DNA from: Balanoglossus misakiensis
Lineage: Eukaryota > Animalia > Hemichordata
Assembly (NCBI GenBank): GCA_040954595.2
Contig: CM082591.2
Coordinates: 5,673,009 to 5,737,008 of the forward strand
DNA length: 64,000 nucleotides
Reading direction: 5' to 3'
Below the pieces are notes generated by a model. The model did no database searches and was not told the DNA's origin. It saw nothing but the letters and a program-made list of their open reading frames with translations. Position numbers and translations under genes: made by a program. The number at the start of each line of letters is the position of its first letter. The stretch's first letter is position 1. Below, piece by piece: positions 51,666 through 64,000 of the stretch.

Positions 51666-53058
51666 CGGCGTGTTGGAAGTGATCAGCTTTAAGGATATAC
51701 TAGCAATTCACATAGATGTTTGTCTTCGCTTAAATTAAAAAAATGATAGCACGGTTTGTATCGCTCCATGCAGAGCTGTAGAAGACGGGTTTTAAACGCC
51801 ACTATTTTCTCTGTCAATGTGGTGCAACATTTTGCCATTTCACGCAAATTTGGGTAACGAGCATAGCTGTACTTCAAAACGGAATTAATAGAAAAGATAA
51901 AAGTCAATAATGCCGTATACATATTGTTACGAAGGTACTACGAATGCATAGAATTTAAATATCAGTGGTGGATGAACAATGAGGGTGTACGTCATTAACA
52001 TAGCGTTAGCTGTAGTAGCCGTACACCTGGGTATTTTGAATATTACGTAAGGGTTTTTGATGTTTGACTGTCTGCAACGGCAGTCAAGTGGCGTGAGCCG
52101 ACCAGACAACAGATAAGTTGTACTCGGCCATGAGCGACGGGGACTGGAATCTTGTAATCCACGTGGGAGCTAGGTGTTGAAATTCAGCACGTCGGTATGT
52201 CCTGTTGGTTTGAATTCAGCGTTGCTCTCGGACTTAAAATGCATTTCTACGCTAGCAACTGTAAGTGAAGTGAACCTGTTACTTTCTTCTGAGAGGACTT
52301 CAGGAAAGAACTGTGTGAGAAAGCAGCACGCCAGCGTGAACCAGCGTCGGGTCGGTGCAGAGAACTCAGGGAACACTGAATTATCGCGTCCGCTCACCAC
52401 GTGTGTAATATTACCGCGGAACTGATACAAGTTTCTTGAGAACGTTACAATATTTCAGTAAGAACCCTAGTAACATTTAAGTTTCAGTGCGTGTACTATG
52501 ATATTAATTTTCTTCCTGTGACATATAGATTCGGAGTGAACATACATAACTTTGGGTGTACTGTGTATCATTGTTGTTGCTTGTCTGGGTGTTTGTGTTG
52601 CGAGTTTTTGGTTCGCAACAATATCAAGCTAACAACATGTAATGTGTATACTAGGAGAATAAACACGGTTTAGGAAAATTGTATTTTTCTATGAGGAACG
52701 AAAAACAGAAATTGTTGTCTAACGCTGCGGCAGTTACTGCAGGGGGCTTTACGCGCGGCACGCATTAGAGGCGGTGCCTGGGACATTGTTCGTGATCAGA
52801 CTAAGATGCTATATGGAGCATATTGTATGAAGGATGTATTAATATTCAATGTGGGTAGAGAACTCACCCAGTTGTAAAAATAATGAGGTAGCTCTTCCGT
52901 CGACTTAATTTTAAGGGTGCCATCATAAGATCTAGTCATTCGGCGCGCGAGTCTTTAATGATTGAGTGTAGAGGGGTGAAACTATACATTGATATGGAAA
53001 GGGGTGAAACTGGATAAGGTTCAACATCCTAAACCAGTAGCTGACCTGGGGGGGGGGG

Positions 53059-53240
53059 TTACAGGTATACGGTCAATTTAGCTACAGTTACCATGGTACA
53101 CTTGAGATCTAGCCAATCACAGATTTTCAGTGGGTGGCACACGCGAAAAAGCGCCATCATGTGTTCTTTAAAACGCTCAAATACGCCAATTTCAGCCATA
53201 TATGGGCGTATGTAAATTGGAGGTGACTGTGTACCTTTAA
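53059..53240 (-). mobile_element. MITE family C
   Basis: Reverse-complement copy: AGGTATACGGTCA...TAGCCAATCACAGATTTTCAGTGGGTGGCACACGC...AGGTGACTGTGTACCT|TTAA. Confidence 0.85.
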
Positions 53241-56200
53241 TCACTAGGATAATCACTATTAAGCTGAAATGACCTGTTTGACACTGGATGCAGTGATCTG
53301 TTTTGAAACAGAGGTTGTGAAATGGAACGTGGCGATACTCGCATACATCATCATCATCGTGAGTGAGTGAGGAAAGATCGATGTGTATTAGCAATGCGCA
53401 TGTGTCAGAAAACTAGGTCGAGTTCGACGAGTGGGCTTCGGTGGTATAGTGTTCAGGGGGGATCAGACGACCCCCAACTTTGATCGATAGTGACCCAAAT
53501 ATCAGCGATATTGAAAGGTGAGTGGAAATTTGAGTAGCATTGGCGATATCAGTCCAGAAGTTCTCACTGGTGTGTCGTTTCAACGCCACTTTGGTTTATT
53601 TTACCAAACAGTGGTCGCCATCGGTCGTAACTGAGTCAACGGTTTATGCGCATTAACGCTAACTATATTCAATCATCACGCCGACTCCAGCCCTTAAATC
53701 CTCGATTTATATATAAGGACTACAAAAAGACAGTTGATCAATTGATCATATTCCACAAACGATTAATATTTTAGACGCGATTGAAATGAAACATCCGCTG
53801 GATGTTCAACACTGGACGTTTATAAATTTTTTTCCGTATCACATTTTCTTTCATCGCGTCCTTTGTTTGCCCGGACGCAACAGGTGGTCGGTGGATTGCC
53901 GCCTTAATTGCAACTGGCGAAATCGTGTTTTTATTGCTTTCGCGATTTATTGTGTTTTGTGAACGGTTTTCGTTGACTGTGTCAATATATTAGATTTACC
54001 TCACAGCATATGTAATATTTGTCTAGCACGTTGATCTGAATTGATGGATAATATCTCGCCCGATTTTCAAAACAGATTTATAACTTTTACGAACACAATG
54101 TGTTACCGCATATGATTTAAAGGTGTGCAAAATGACTGATAGTCGTTGTACTTTTGGGAGTGTTGTAATTCTGGCTTTGTTTGACCAAAACAAAACCAGC
54201 GGTTGCGTAGTACGTGCAGTTTTCCGAGAGTTTTGCTCAAATTATCCACATGCAATTATCATGTAGTTCTGATCGTGTTCAGTGAATTTGTATTTCATCG
54301 TTCGCCGGTCAAGTGTTAGATAATATAGTAGTTTGATTTACTTTAGCTCCAGTGTGGTATACATGTATGTATATATACCAATTGGAAATGTATGTATGTG
54401 TGAATGTTACGTACCCGTCCTCTTATACAGTTTGAGAACTAGTACTGCTTCATGTATAACTGTTGTATTTTGCAAGTAGATACACAGTGAACTGTACAGG
54501 AAATATGCAAATGAGCCGAAATTGCAAAAACGGTCAAACCTCAATAACTCTAGATTGCTTTGTTCATTTCGTGCTGACGTCAGAATTTTTCTTATGTTTA
54601 CCGAGGTTTTGTTCATTTTGTTCAAAAGTACTCTTGCCGTGGTGACTGGGGATACTGCTTGACAAATTTGGTGTCTAACTTTGAGGATTTTGTCCATATT
54701 TCTTCAATATCCAGTCATCCAAATTTTATGAAATCAATAACGCTTAATGCAAGCCTTGGTATCAAATGCCTTACCATGCCATGTTTGTCCACAAAAACGA
54801 GATTCTCTGCCATGGAGATAGAGACGTTATGGTGAAGAGTAGTGGAGAACAAGACGCAAACGTTAAACAGCGGGGTGCTAGATATACAAAGAAATTCCTC
54901 AAATTGCAAAAGGATGCATTCATACTGTTTGAAGGTGAAGTTCAGGGCTATAACGGTATTGATGATTCTAAATGTGCCGGCCATCAGGACACTGAAGGCC
55001 GCTCCATCCATGCACGACAGACGAACGGACGTCGGGTTTCAAATTTGTAAAGAAAATCCACAAAGTGCACAAGAAGTTAAACCCCGTGGGCCTATCGGGA
55101 GAAAATGGGAGAAAATGCATGGAAATGCCTTCGCATTGACAGAACCGGGAGAAAAGTCTGCAACAACAAAACAAGAAAACAAACAAAAACACGCATTTCC
55201 CGTTGTTGCAGACGACAGGCGCCCAAATTGATACACTAATAGCCCCACGCTATTGTTTTGATAGTTTTTTTTACAATATGAAGACAATCACCTCACTTGA
55301 CCTGCAATCAGGAAACGGCGCTAACTGGAGCGTGAACTTGGTATACTTCTTCGCTGACCTCGGAAGGTCATTGAACACCCGGTGAGACGAGGTCCACTCA
55401 TTATATCCGCTTTCTTATGGCCTTGTCAAAAATGCAACGTCTCTGAAAAGCATATTCAGCATTTATTATTTAATTAGATTGACCCGACCAAGGTCAAGTT
55501 CAAGGACAACAAAAGAAACTTGCCGTAAATCTCCCGGCGGGTGACTGGAGGTCGTCACCCAATAAAAAACACAAAAGCCACACATTCCGTGAACGTTTTC
55601 CCTCATCTTCACTTGTCGATTTCTTAAAACAGGAAACTTTACCGACTTCCGAATATTTGATGAAATTTCAAGGAATCGGTGGAACATGGCGCCGTTTAAG
55701 AGTGAATGAAGACCGAAATTGATAAATTTGCATACTGTCAAATTAACTAAATCGTTCAAAACATCCGCTCACTTTTTTGGGGACTTAGTGAATTTAGGAA
55801 ATTTTTATACAGAAGTTTATAAATATATCTATTTTGATAGTAAATTAAGTGTGTTGCTGGTAAAGATTGTTTGATCGCCTTTCCATGGCTTCGTCGCATT
55901 TTCACCACGGATGACGCGGGAAAATTTGAATGTGCAAAACACAAAATAAATGAGCGGATGTTAGGTCTACCATCTAGGAATGTCACGGAGTGTTATTTTA
56001 CATCTGTTCCTAAACATTTGTTAAATGTTTCTGTGCAAAATCGGTGCCTAGTGTTGTTGATAATAAACATTTCAGTGTCTTTTTGACTTCGCAAATACAA
56101 AAAGGGTTTTGCGCCGGTAATCAAACTTTATTTGATCTGTAAAGTCTGAAGAACTTATAAGACACGATCACGGATCAAGACAAAAGTACGCAGCGCGAGA

Positions 56201-57279
56201 CATTTTTCGGCGCGGCTTTGTTCGTATATCATAAATTTCAAAAAACGTCGGCGGCACTTAGCGTTGGCGTGGTTTTATTGTTCGTTCATCGAGTCAGTAC
56301 TAACTTAATTCATTCCGTCTGTCCGTCGCCCTGAGTCAGAAGTCGCAGGTCACGTGACTGTGCTAGTACAAAAAGGGGGCAATGTACCTGCCCCGCATAG
56401 CAACGATTGCTAGTGCAGATGGGATCCGTTTTCCACACATTTATTTTCTTTCGCCCTTAAGGACAAAATCAGTTGTCCGAATTGATTTGTTTAGGGTGTG
56501 TTAGGAGGTAACGATCGCTATGAGTAATTTTCCCAGTAAAAAACTGACCGGATCGAGTCCGGAACTGAAAGCAGTCGCTCAATTTGATTGTTCGATCACG
56601 TCGATTGCTTCGGATTTTTTGTTTCTAAATAATGTATTGTTGCGTGCGAGCAGACGCGCACTCATAGTGGCGTGACGCGTCCGGATGGTGTACTCATCAG
56701 CTCTTCCTGGTCACCGACTCGGTTAATTATCAATATTTCATCTCAACTCCTCTTCAGCAAGTGTTACGCATTTGGATGCATTATTGACGTGTGATTGGGA
56801 TATTGATCTTCCGAGAAAGGGTGTCCCGCCGTTTGATCGTTGGAAGTGATCGTGACTCAACGAGAACTGTGATTTCGCCGAAACTGTCACGAGAAACGGC
56901 ATTTAGACCCATCTCATATATTCAACTATCTCGCACTGAATGTAAGTCACGCATTGGGCCTACAATTGAAAATCGACAATAACTATTCTTTAGTAGCCAA
57001 GTCTATGGTGGACACTCAACCGGCCCAGCCTTGAAGTCCATGACCCCGAATTCGGAAGCAATGCGTTCGCACGTGGGTATCCCTAAATAGCATTGTGAAT
57101 CAACTGCTTTGAATGTGAAATGGAACCTTTACGAGAAATGCACCATTATTGTCGAATGTCCCTGTCGCCTTTTGACGTTATTGCTTTGTGTTTGAATTCC
57201 CCGGGCATTTTGCTTTTGTAGTATTAGTTAGTAATTCCTGATTTTTGGTCTGTAGTTTTCTGGTGGTGCACAGTTTGAG

Positions 57280-57355
57280 CTCTCTGTCTCCAGTCTGTCT
57301 CTGTCGTATTCTCTCTATCGTCGTCTGTCTGTCTGTCTGTCTCTGTATCTGTCTC
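57280..57355. repeat. (CTGT)/(CT)n degenerate microsatellite
   Basis: Read directly. Confidence 0.8.
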
Positions 57356-58229
57356 AGTATTGAAAAATGTACCAGCGTGTAATTTCAGTTGGCTGTCATT
57401 GAAGTGGTTAGTACACATGCGCAAAGCCTTGCGGTATCGACAACCCAGTTGTTTCCCACTGTGATAGTACGGTAAGGTTTTATTGTACATCATCAGTGGT
57501 TACAACACTATTGTCCGCGTGGCCTGTGTGTGACATGTGAAATGGTTGTGCGGTTTGAATCTCACAGAAACCGATCTGTTGCCGTGGCAACTATTCTCTA
57601 GTGTCGCGTACTCTACCAAGTACCGTTCCAACAAGAAAGACAACCATAGATCACTCACATAAGGCAATGTGACGACGTTTTACTCAATCATTGTAAAAAT
57701 CACTAATGCGTCAATCATACGCGTAACAACTAACTAGCTCCGGGCAAGAATTGTAACTTTCGCTTCAGCTGTGAAAACTCTGAGCGAAATCACGTGTTCC
57801 TGCAGTCAATACGAAAACGTAGTAGGTTTGATACATTTTGTTGATTTCACCCGTTCGTTTGAAAGTACATCCGCAATGAGGTTGATAATTCTTTTGAGTA
57901 TGCCCATCAGTAAGCTTATTCCTAAGGACCAAGTTTCTAAAATATAATGATGAAAATAAAAAAAAATGAACCGACTTTAAATAATTGTTTGTAGACAATG
58001 GGCTTATTTTGAACAGCCAATCCGAAACAGCAACGGTCATGATGTCTAGCCGTAAATGAGCCGATTTTTGCGCTGATGCATGCGGGCCATCAGTCAACTT
58101 GGGGGTGTGAGAATGGGGACGCTGAAAGAGTCTGAAAAACGAGGACGGCTTATGGCTTATTGAACTCAAGCTGTGGGCAGCGTGTGATTCATAGAGTGAC
58201 GACGACAACAACCGGTGGCTTTATACATA

Positions 58230-58373
58230 CATAAATAGTCGACGTATTCCGTCAACATGCACACATGTGTCACTACTACAGTCTCTGATAGACAGTGACT
58301 ATAACACGGCATAAGAGTAATAAATCATCGACTGCAACCTGACTGTCTAAACCACACTGAATCAGAGGTAAGA
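58230..58373 (+). promoter_or_regulatory. Candidate TATA-like promoter and non-coding first exon
   Basis: CATAAATA at 58230; ~105-nt exon-like stretch ending GAG|GTAAGA at 58367/58368. Confidence 0.35.
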
Positions 58374-60189
58374 GTTTTACTTTGAAAGATAAATATCCCC
58401 CATACACTATATATGTCAGACAACAAAACTAGCATGTTTCACATGTTGCATTACAAAGCCGTTGACGCCAGTAAATGTTTTGGCGGTGGATTTGTAACAT
58501 CACCTCATTCATAACGTGCAGACTCGTTATAAACATACATGTATTAATTAAAGCCAATGACAGCAATACGTTAAAACGCATGTTAGAGCATGCATTGGCT
58601 CAAATAATATAAACATATCAGTAAAAATCAGAATGGCTATTACAAAATGTTACCAGATCAGGTATATTTTCTCCAACGCTATTAAAGACAGTCTTCCGAA
58701 ATCGGTGTACAGTCGTGTTGGAACTTTTCATCGCATTGGTCATTTCTGAAATAAGGCGATGCATTGTCATATAATACCGGCTACAAATTATGTTGAAAAT
58801 TTAACATGTGTGCAGAGTATGGTTCTGTATTAACAGAGTAGAAAACCAACTGAAAAACTATCTTTAAGACGTAAACCCATTATCAAGATAAATACCCTTT
58901 TTTCTCGGTGATAATTAACTATCTCGCTGTCGTTAAACGAACTCACATTTAAATCGCTTACCCCCATAACTGGCAATGTAATTAAAATGTTAATTTTCTC
59001 TTCGTTTCGCTAAAAGAGCAAGCGCGAACTTGTCGACAATGAAGACAACGATAGCGAAATGCGACTGGTGCGTGCGCTAACTTTTGTTTGTGTCATATTC
59101 CAATGCTGTTCCATTGTGGTTACCAGACGGTTATGCGCTTGTGATTTTAATGACTCGAACCAGTGTTGTTGACCCTTTCCTGACATGCCCGTGTTGACAG
59201 CGGTTTACTGTTGCATATAGTTGTGAAAAAGAATTATGGTATCATCTGAAGGTCAGGCTGACTTCTAAACTGTTCGCTACGCCCGTCGCACAAGGAGAAA
59301 CGCGAATTGATCGTGATTAGATGCACAAGGGAGTTTTTGTGTGTAGAAAGACTGGACACGATAGCTCGGAGGTTAAAATAAAACCTTATTAAAACTTAAC
59401 GCATTATATGAATTTGCAATAAGGTCTGTTTTTCACTAGAGGCGTGTATTTAGCTCTGTGCCACTTTGTTGTGGAAGCTTCTACTCGCCCCTGTAAAGTG
59501 TCAATATTCTCGATGACCAGTTTAATATCATGACTCACATACACGTCGCCTATGCGCGCATCCTGTAAGGTAGCGTCGCGCGAACGCGTGCTCAGGTCCG
59601 TTCTGATATCAAAACACCTGGATTTATGATGGACGTGACATCCAGTGACATTTCCTGCGGAGAGCGATGACGTATCCGTGTCTTGTCCCTTCAAAGGACT
59701 TCCTCCATAAAGCTCAGTGGTCGTCCAGGCACTTCCTGTTTGTCCCCGAGTCACTTTCAATTAGCGCGGGACCCTCATTTGTAAACTCATTTTCGCAGAC
59801 GCCTAATGGGGTGTTTTTCGCGGGAAAAAGTTCGGCAGAGGTTAACGTTCGATGTATGTACCTGTCAGAGCGATGTTTAGCCGTAATCCCTCCAAGGTCA
59901 AAGTTGAAGCTGTCTAATAGTCCTTCGGGGAATATTTTGATTACAGTGCATTTGGCCATATTCAAGAGTTGTTTACCCTCAACAGTCAGAGTGCTGGTTT
60001 GTTTCTTGACCTATGACCCTCGCGGTTCCCGATAATTGTCAGCGCTGTATTGTTGTAATGACAGTGGTTCCCATTCAGATTCGCACGGCTTTTGTCCCCG
60101 GGTCGTCTTATCAGTCGAGAGAGGACTTCATCCGCGGTCAGTACTTCACGTTGCGTCGTTCAGCGAGGGTCACCCCGGGTAGCAAGACT

Positions 60190-61065
60190 CGAGAGGTTTT
60201 AACGGCCTGTCACCGAACTTGTTCCGAGTATCAACCTCGCTTGCAAGACCTCTGCAACAGGTGCTTGGGAGCATGGAGTAGACCGGCCGGCCAACTCCTT
60301 GCAGGAGCCGAGAAGTTGATTTCTCTGTAAGTACGACGAAAATCCTACATTGCTAATCGCTGTAGTGTTCAATTAACTTAGACAATTGTGCACCGACGGG
60401 GAAGTGTGAAAGTGCATTGAGAGTGGGTAATCAATCAGAAGTCTCCACTGCGTAGCGTTCGCTTGTTGCGTTATAGTTTGGCGTGAGGTGCGTTTCTCCA
60501 ATCCCCGCGGCGTGCATGGCTTGTTAGATATGCAGCTTGAAGCACCTGTTTTTGTACGCTCTATAAACATCTGATAGTCGTCCGGGTGCAACCATGGGTG
60601 CAACCGAGGACCTTGGGTTGTGGCAGGGTATGTCGTAGACGATCTCCGAGGTACCGTGACTCCCGAACGCTATCTGTCAACTTGACGGAAAGATTGCACT
60701 TTGATTCCCGCCAATATTTGGTCGTCTGCGCCGTACAGGAGTTGAGGTTTAACACTCTATGTATAGGAGTCAGTAAATTGACTTCAGTCGACGAGAGATA
60801 TTATCGGCTTTCGCATTGTCGTAACAAGCAAATGGCTTTTAAGTGATGTTTTGTCCACTATCAGGGCTAGGGACAGCCTCGGGGCAATTAGTCTAAAATC
60901 ACCTGCGTGAGTTCCATGCAGTAGATCCAATCTAATATACCGTACGGCGCAAACAGAAAAACATGACGTTTGCAGCTTTGCATCAAAGATCTGAGAGTGA
61001 AGAGTCCAAGGAATGTACTGGATGAATGGCTTTGTAAAATGTGTAAACTCATTTGCGAGGAGTAA
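60190..61065 (+). pseudogene. Decayed Ulp1/C48-like cysteine protease plus C-terminal PHD finger, probably a DNA-transposon cargo ORF
   Basis: Frame +1 read through stops: VQL..IVH..VH*EWV..VRLLRYSL..LIVVRVQPWVQPRTLGCG..FDSRQYLVVC..YYRLSHCR..SMQ*IQSN..KT*RLQLCI..DEWLCKMCK. The order fits HW / DSL / Q-x-CG followed by PHD remnants; several stops sit where Trp is expected. Confidence 0.5.
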
Positions 61066-63386
61066 CCGCTCGAATGGTTCTGTTGACTTCAAACTGCACG
61101 TGGTTTCAAGTGTGGCGCGGTCTTAAATGGTTGCGTTCGGCGGTTGTCGGCGTGGCGGGAACCGAAGCGCCGATGTATCGGCCAATACACGGGTTGTAGT
61201 TTCGCGCAAAACCCGATCGAGAAAGCGTTGACACAATAAACACTTTAAAAAACAAACACTTAAGAGACATACAAGGTTAGGGTAAAATGTTGACATTACA
61301 TCAACAAAGAGATTGATGGAGGCCTCTATATGCCAACAAACGTATTCTAAAGTTCAGAAGATGACGTCATACAAGCGTAATCAAATCACCGAGTTTCAAA
61401 CAGTATTGTCTCTGTAAAGATAAAACAGAAACGAATCAACGCAACGCATGCGTGCAAGAGTGGGGACACTGGAAAGGTAGACTACGAGGAGAACTGTTTT
61501 CCTCATTTCTTTGATATTACCAGTATATTCCGCTTTACACAGTGTCCACGACCGTTTCTGCATTAAGCCAACAGAAATCGCTGTGAGAAGAATCGGAAAA
61601 TTGTTTGGCCTTCCCTTCGCTAACGTATAGCTATCTAAAGCCGTTTTCTGTTACTCTTAGATTAAACGACCGATGATTGGGTTATAGAGACTGTGATTAG
61701 GCCTTGCACTTTGATCGTTTTATACTCCGAAGAAATGACATGACCAAGTGGCTTAATTTAGTGCTTGGCGTTGTGTACCTGTCACACCGATTGCAAATTA
61801 ATGACGCGATAACTGTCATCAGCTCTTGACATTAGGCGTAACGTTCGTTCACTGTTTACAGCAAGGATACTCGTAAATTTGTCAGAAGTTTGTTTACGAG
61901 GAAGATTGTGGCCTACTGTCTCTGTGTTAGAAATTTAAGTGGATTGGAAATTCAGCCCAGCTCGGAAGAGAGGGTACGGGGATTGAACCCGTGAGGGGAT
62001 TTTTCGGTTAGGTTTAATTTGTTTTCTCGACTTTAAACATTGGTCCAGGTCCAGGTCAATGAACGGCGCTCGGGTCGAGTTAAGGACCGTCAGACAATAC
62101 AGTAGCACTTTGCAGTCAGGCGAGAGTAAACAATCATCCGCTTAAGTGGCCGAGGACAAACCGCCCTCTGGAGGCCACTGATTGATGGACTGATAGCGAG
62201 CATACCTGCCGTGATTGATGCGCATGTCCGTCCCGCCTTTTGTGGGGGGCAGTTTAGGAACTATGCGCCAAAGTAGCAAACAGTGGTTGTGAAAACAGCA
62301 ATACTGATATTCTACACCTTTTCTCGTCACCTTCGATTTGACTCGGACAATCCAACCGTTCCCAGAACGGCCTGGTCAGGGTACCTTTCATTCAAAAGAC
62401 CCGTCAATCAAATCTGATGTCTATACATTCAAGACGCCAGCGTGACGGAGTTCGCGCATATTTTCGGCCCGCGTAAACATTAACGGTGGTGTAAACATCT
62501 GTTGGGAATGTTAACATCTTTAAAATGTTTTACATATTCTAAATTTGTTTACTTAGTTGTAAAATATTTGTTTTGGTGCGGGACGATCAAAGTGGAGTCG
62601 ACAACAGGTCATGTCAGAGTATGTGAAGAAATATAGAGTTTTTTTTGTCAAAAATGATGAACGGAATTGGAGATGCGATAATCAGTTTTGTCATTTATGA
62701 AATCGCGACTAAGATGCTTGAAGTCTTCTTATTTTAACATCATGGTTTAGCCTAGCATATCCGTGGACTGGTTACGGGAATCACAACACACAATCTGTAT
62801 AAGCCCAGGTAAATATTTCGAGTCGTTCTGTCCGATGACGTCATGTGGCCCGGGCCTATTGTCTATCCATGGCCGCCCCTTCAAAGGGACACTCGGCCGT
62901 GGTCTTGCTAACAATAGAGGCACATCGCCGGCGATAATGGTGGACCGATTAGTCAACCAGGTCTCACGACTAAATACCAGGGAATAGCTCTTATGGGGAG
63001 AACACAAAATCATTTGCTCGAAAAGTAATTGCATAATGAACCGGAAAGCTAATTGCATCGGGAAACTTGAGAATGAATGAAACACTTTGAGATTGAACGC
63101 GTCATTATTTCTGACCCCTCCGCCCAACCACCCACCCTGTCCGAGCTACCGCGAAAATGACGTAGAGAACATGAGATTTCATGGATTATCGAAGTCCATT
63201 ATGGTAGTAGAATTAAGTTGCCTGCAATTTTGTACTCGGGCAAAAACTATATTTGATATCGGAGAAGTTTCTGATGGAATTTTAGCGCAAGATGTTAACT
63301 GAAGCGTGGGTTTTGGCGTAAACACCTAAACGTTCATATTGTGCTTTGATTCTATATGTTTCAAGGGTGATGTTGACTTTCTGCTT

Positions 63387-63494
63387 ATGTTGGCGCTCTT
63401 TTTTTCACGTGTGCCACCCACTGAAAATCAGTGATTGGCTAGATCTCACTGTAAATACGGCTAATTTTCCATCAGTGACCGTGTGTGCCTTTAA
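63387..63494 (+). mobile_element. MITE family C, 3' half
   Basis: GTGTGCCACCCACTGAAAATCAGTGATTGGCTAGATCTCA...GTGACCGTGTGTGCCT|TTAA. Confidence 0.8.
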
Positions 63495-64000
63495 ATGTTG
63501 TGAATGCTGCGAAGGCCACGCGACCCGTGAACCGTGTAGTTTCAACCGATGCGAGTCTTCGGCCAGTGTATAAACACACATCTGACACCCAAGAATTTGC
63601 GTGCTTCCGTTGCTGGTCATTGTCAACTAACTGCAAGGTGCCATACCTTTCAGTTTACCTGGTACGCCAATTATCCGGTTAGATTTTCTGTTTTTCCCGC
63701 CAGCTTGGAATCTTTCCAATTTGGAGGACTTCTGGAAATGGCGGCGCTTCTATTCAACCCGCTTTTCAATCCAAGAATCGTTTAGTTGTAATTTTTCCAT
63801 AGTGAAATACTTCAAGTCTTCTCCCTATCCTTTAAAATCCTCACCATTAAGCCGTATTACTTGTATTTGTATCAGTTTGTCATCTCTAGGCGACGCATAC
63901 CACGATGCGTACTGTTTGTATGGAGGCTGATTTAATCGGTGCGGCACCGTTTTAATACATAGCATGTTCAAAACGCTACATACAGCCACAATCGGGAATC

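Noticed and set aside
54715-55287. Cluster of overlapping ORFs on both strands
   Set aside because: No motif recognised; may be an old transposon remnant but this is unsupported.
57513-57570. tRNA gene or SINE head (GTCCGCGTGGCC...GGTTTGAATCTC)
   Set aside because: Only degenerate A/B-box-like motifs, no cloverleaf and no second copy seen in the window.

Overview
AT-rich (about 40% GC by eye) eukaryotic, repeat-dense and gene-poor DNA. It has spliceosomal intron signals, microsatellites and many MITEs. The repeat landscape looks like a marine invertebrate, possibly a deuterostome (inference only). Almost all ORFs in the supplied track are spurious. The one well-supported host gene is a spliced + strand gene. 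Its coding exons 33917-34145 and 36075-36295 join in phase 1 and give a 149-aa secreted prepropeptide: 27-aa signal peptide, KR and RR dibasic sites, Gln directly after KR, and two Cys pairs including QFCNTGLNC. I cannot assign it to a known family. It probably has a TATA-driven non-coding first exon about 11.8 kb upstream (~22066-22098). Mobile DNA includes a young 5'-truncated RTE-X-like LINE inside a (TATG)n array and about 12 copies of a ~350-bp fold-back TTAA MITE. There is also a second TTAA MITE family, PIF/Harbinger MITEs, a Tc1/pogo MITE, a 94-bp TAG..CTA MITE with a 9-bp TSD, and a decayed Ulp1-protease + PHD-finger ORF near 60.2-61.1 kb. I saw no rRNA, intact tRNA or CRISPR.
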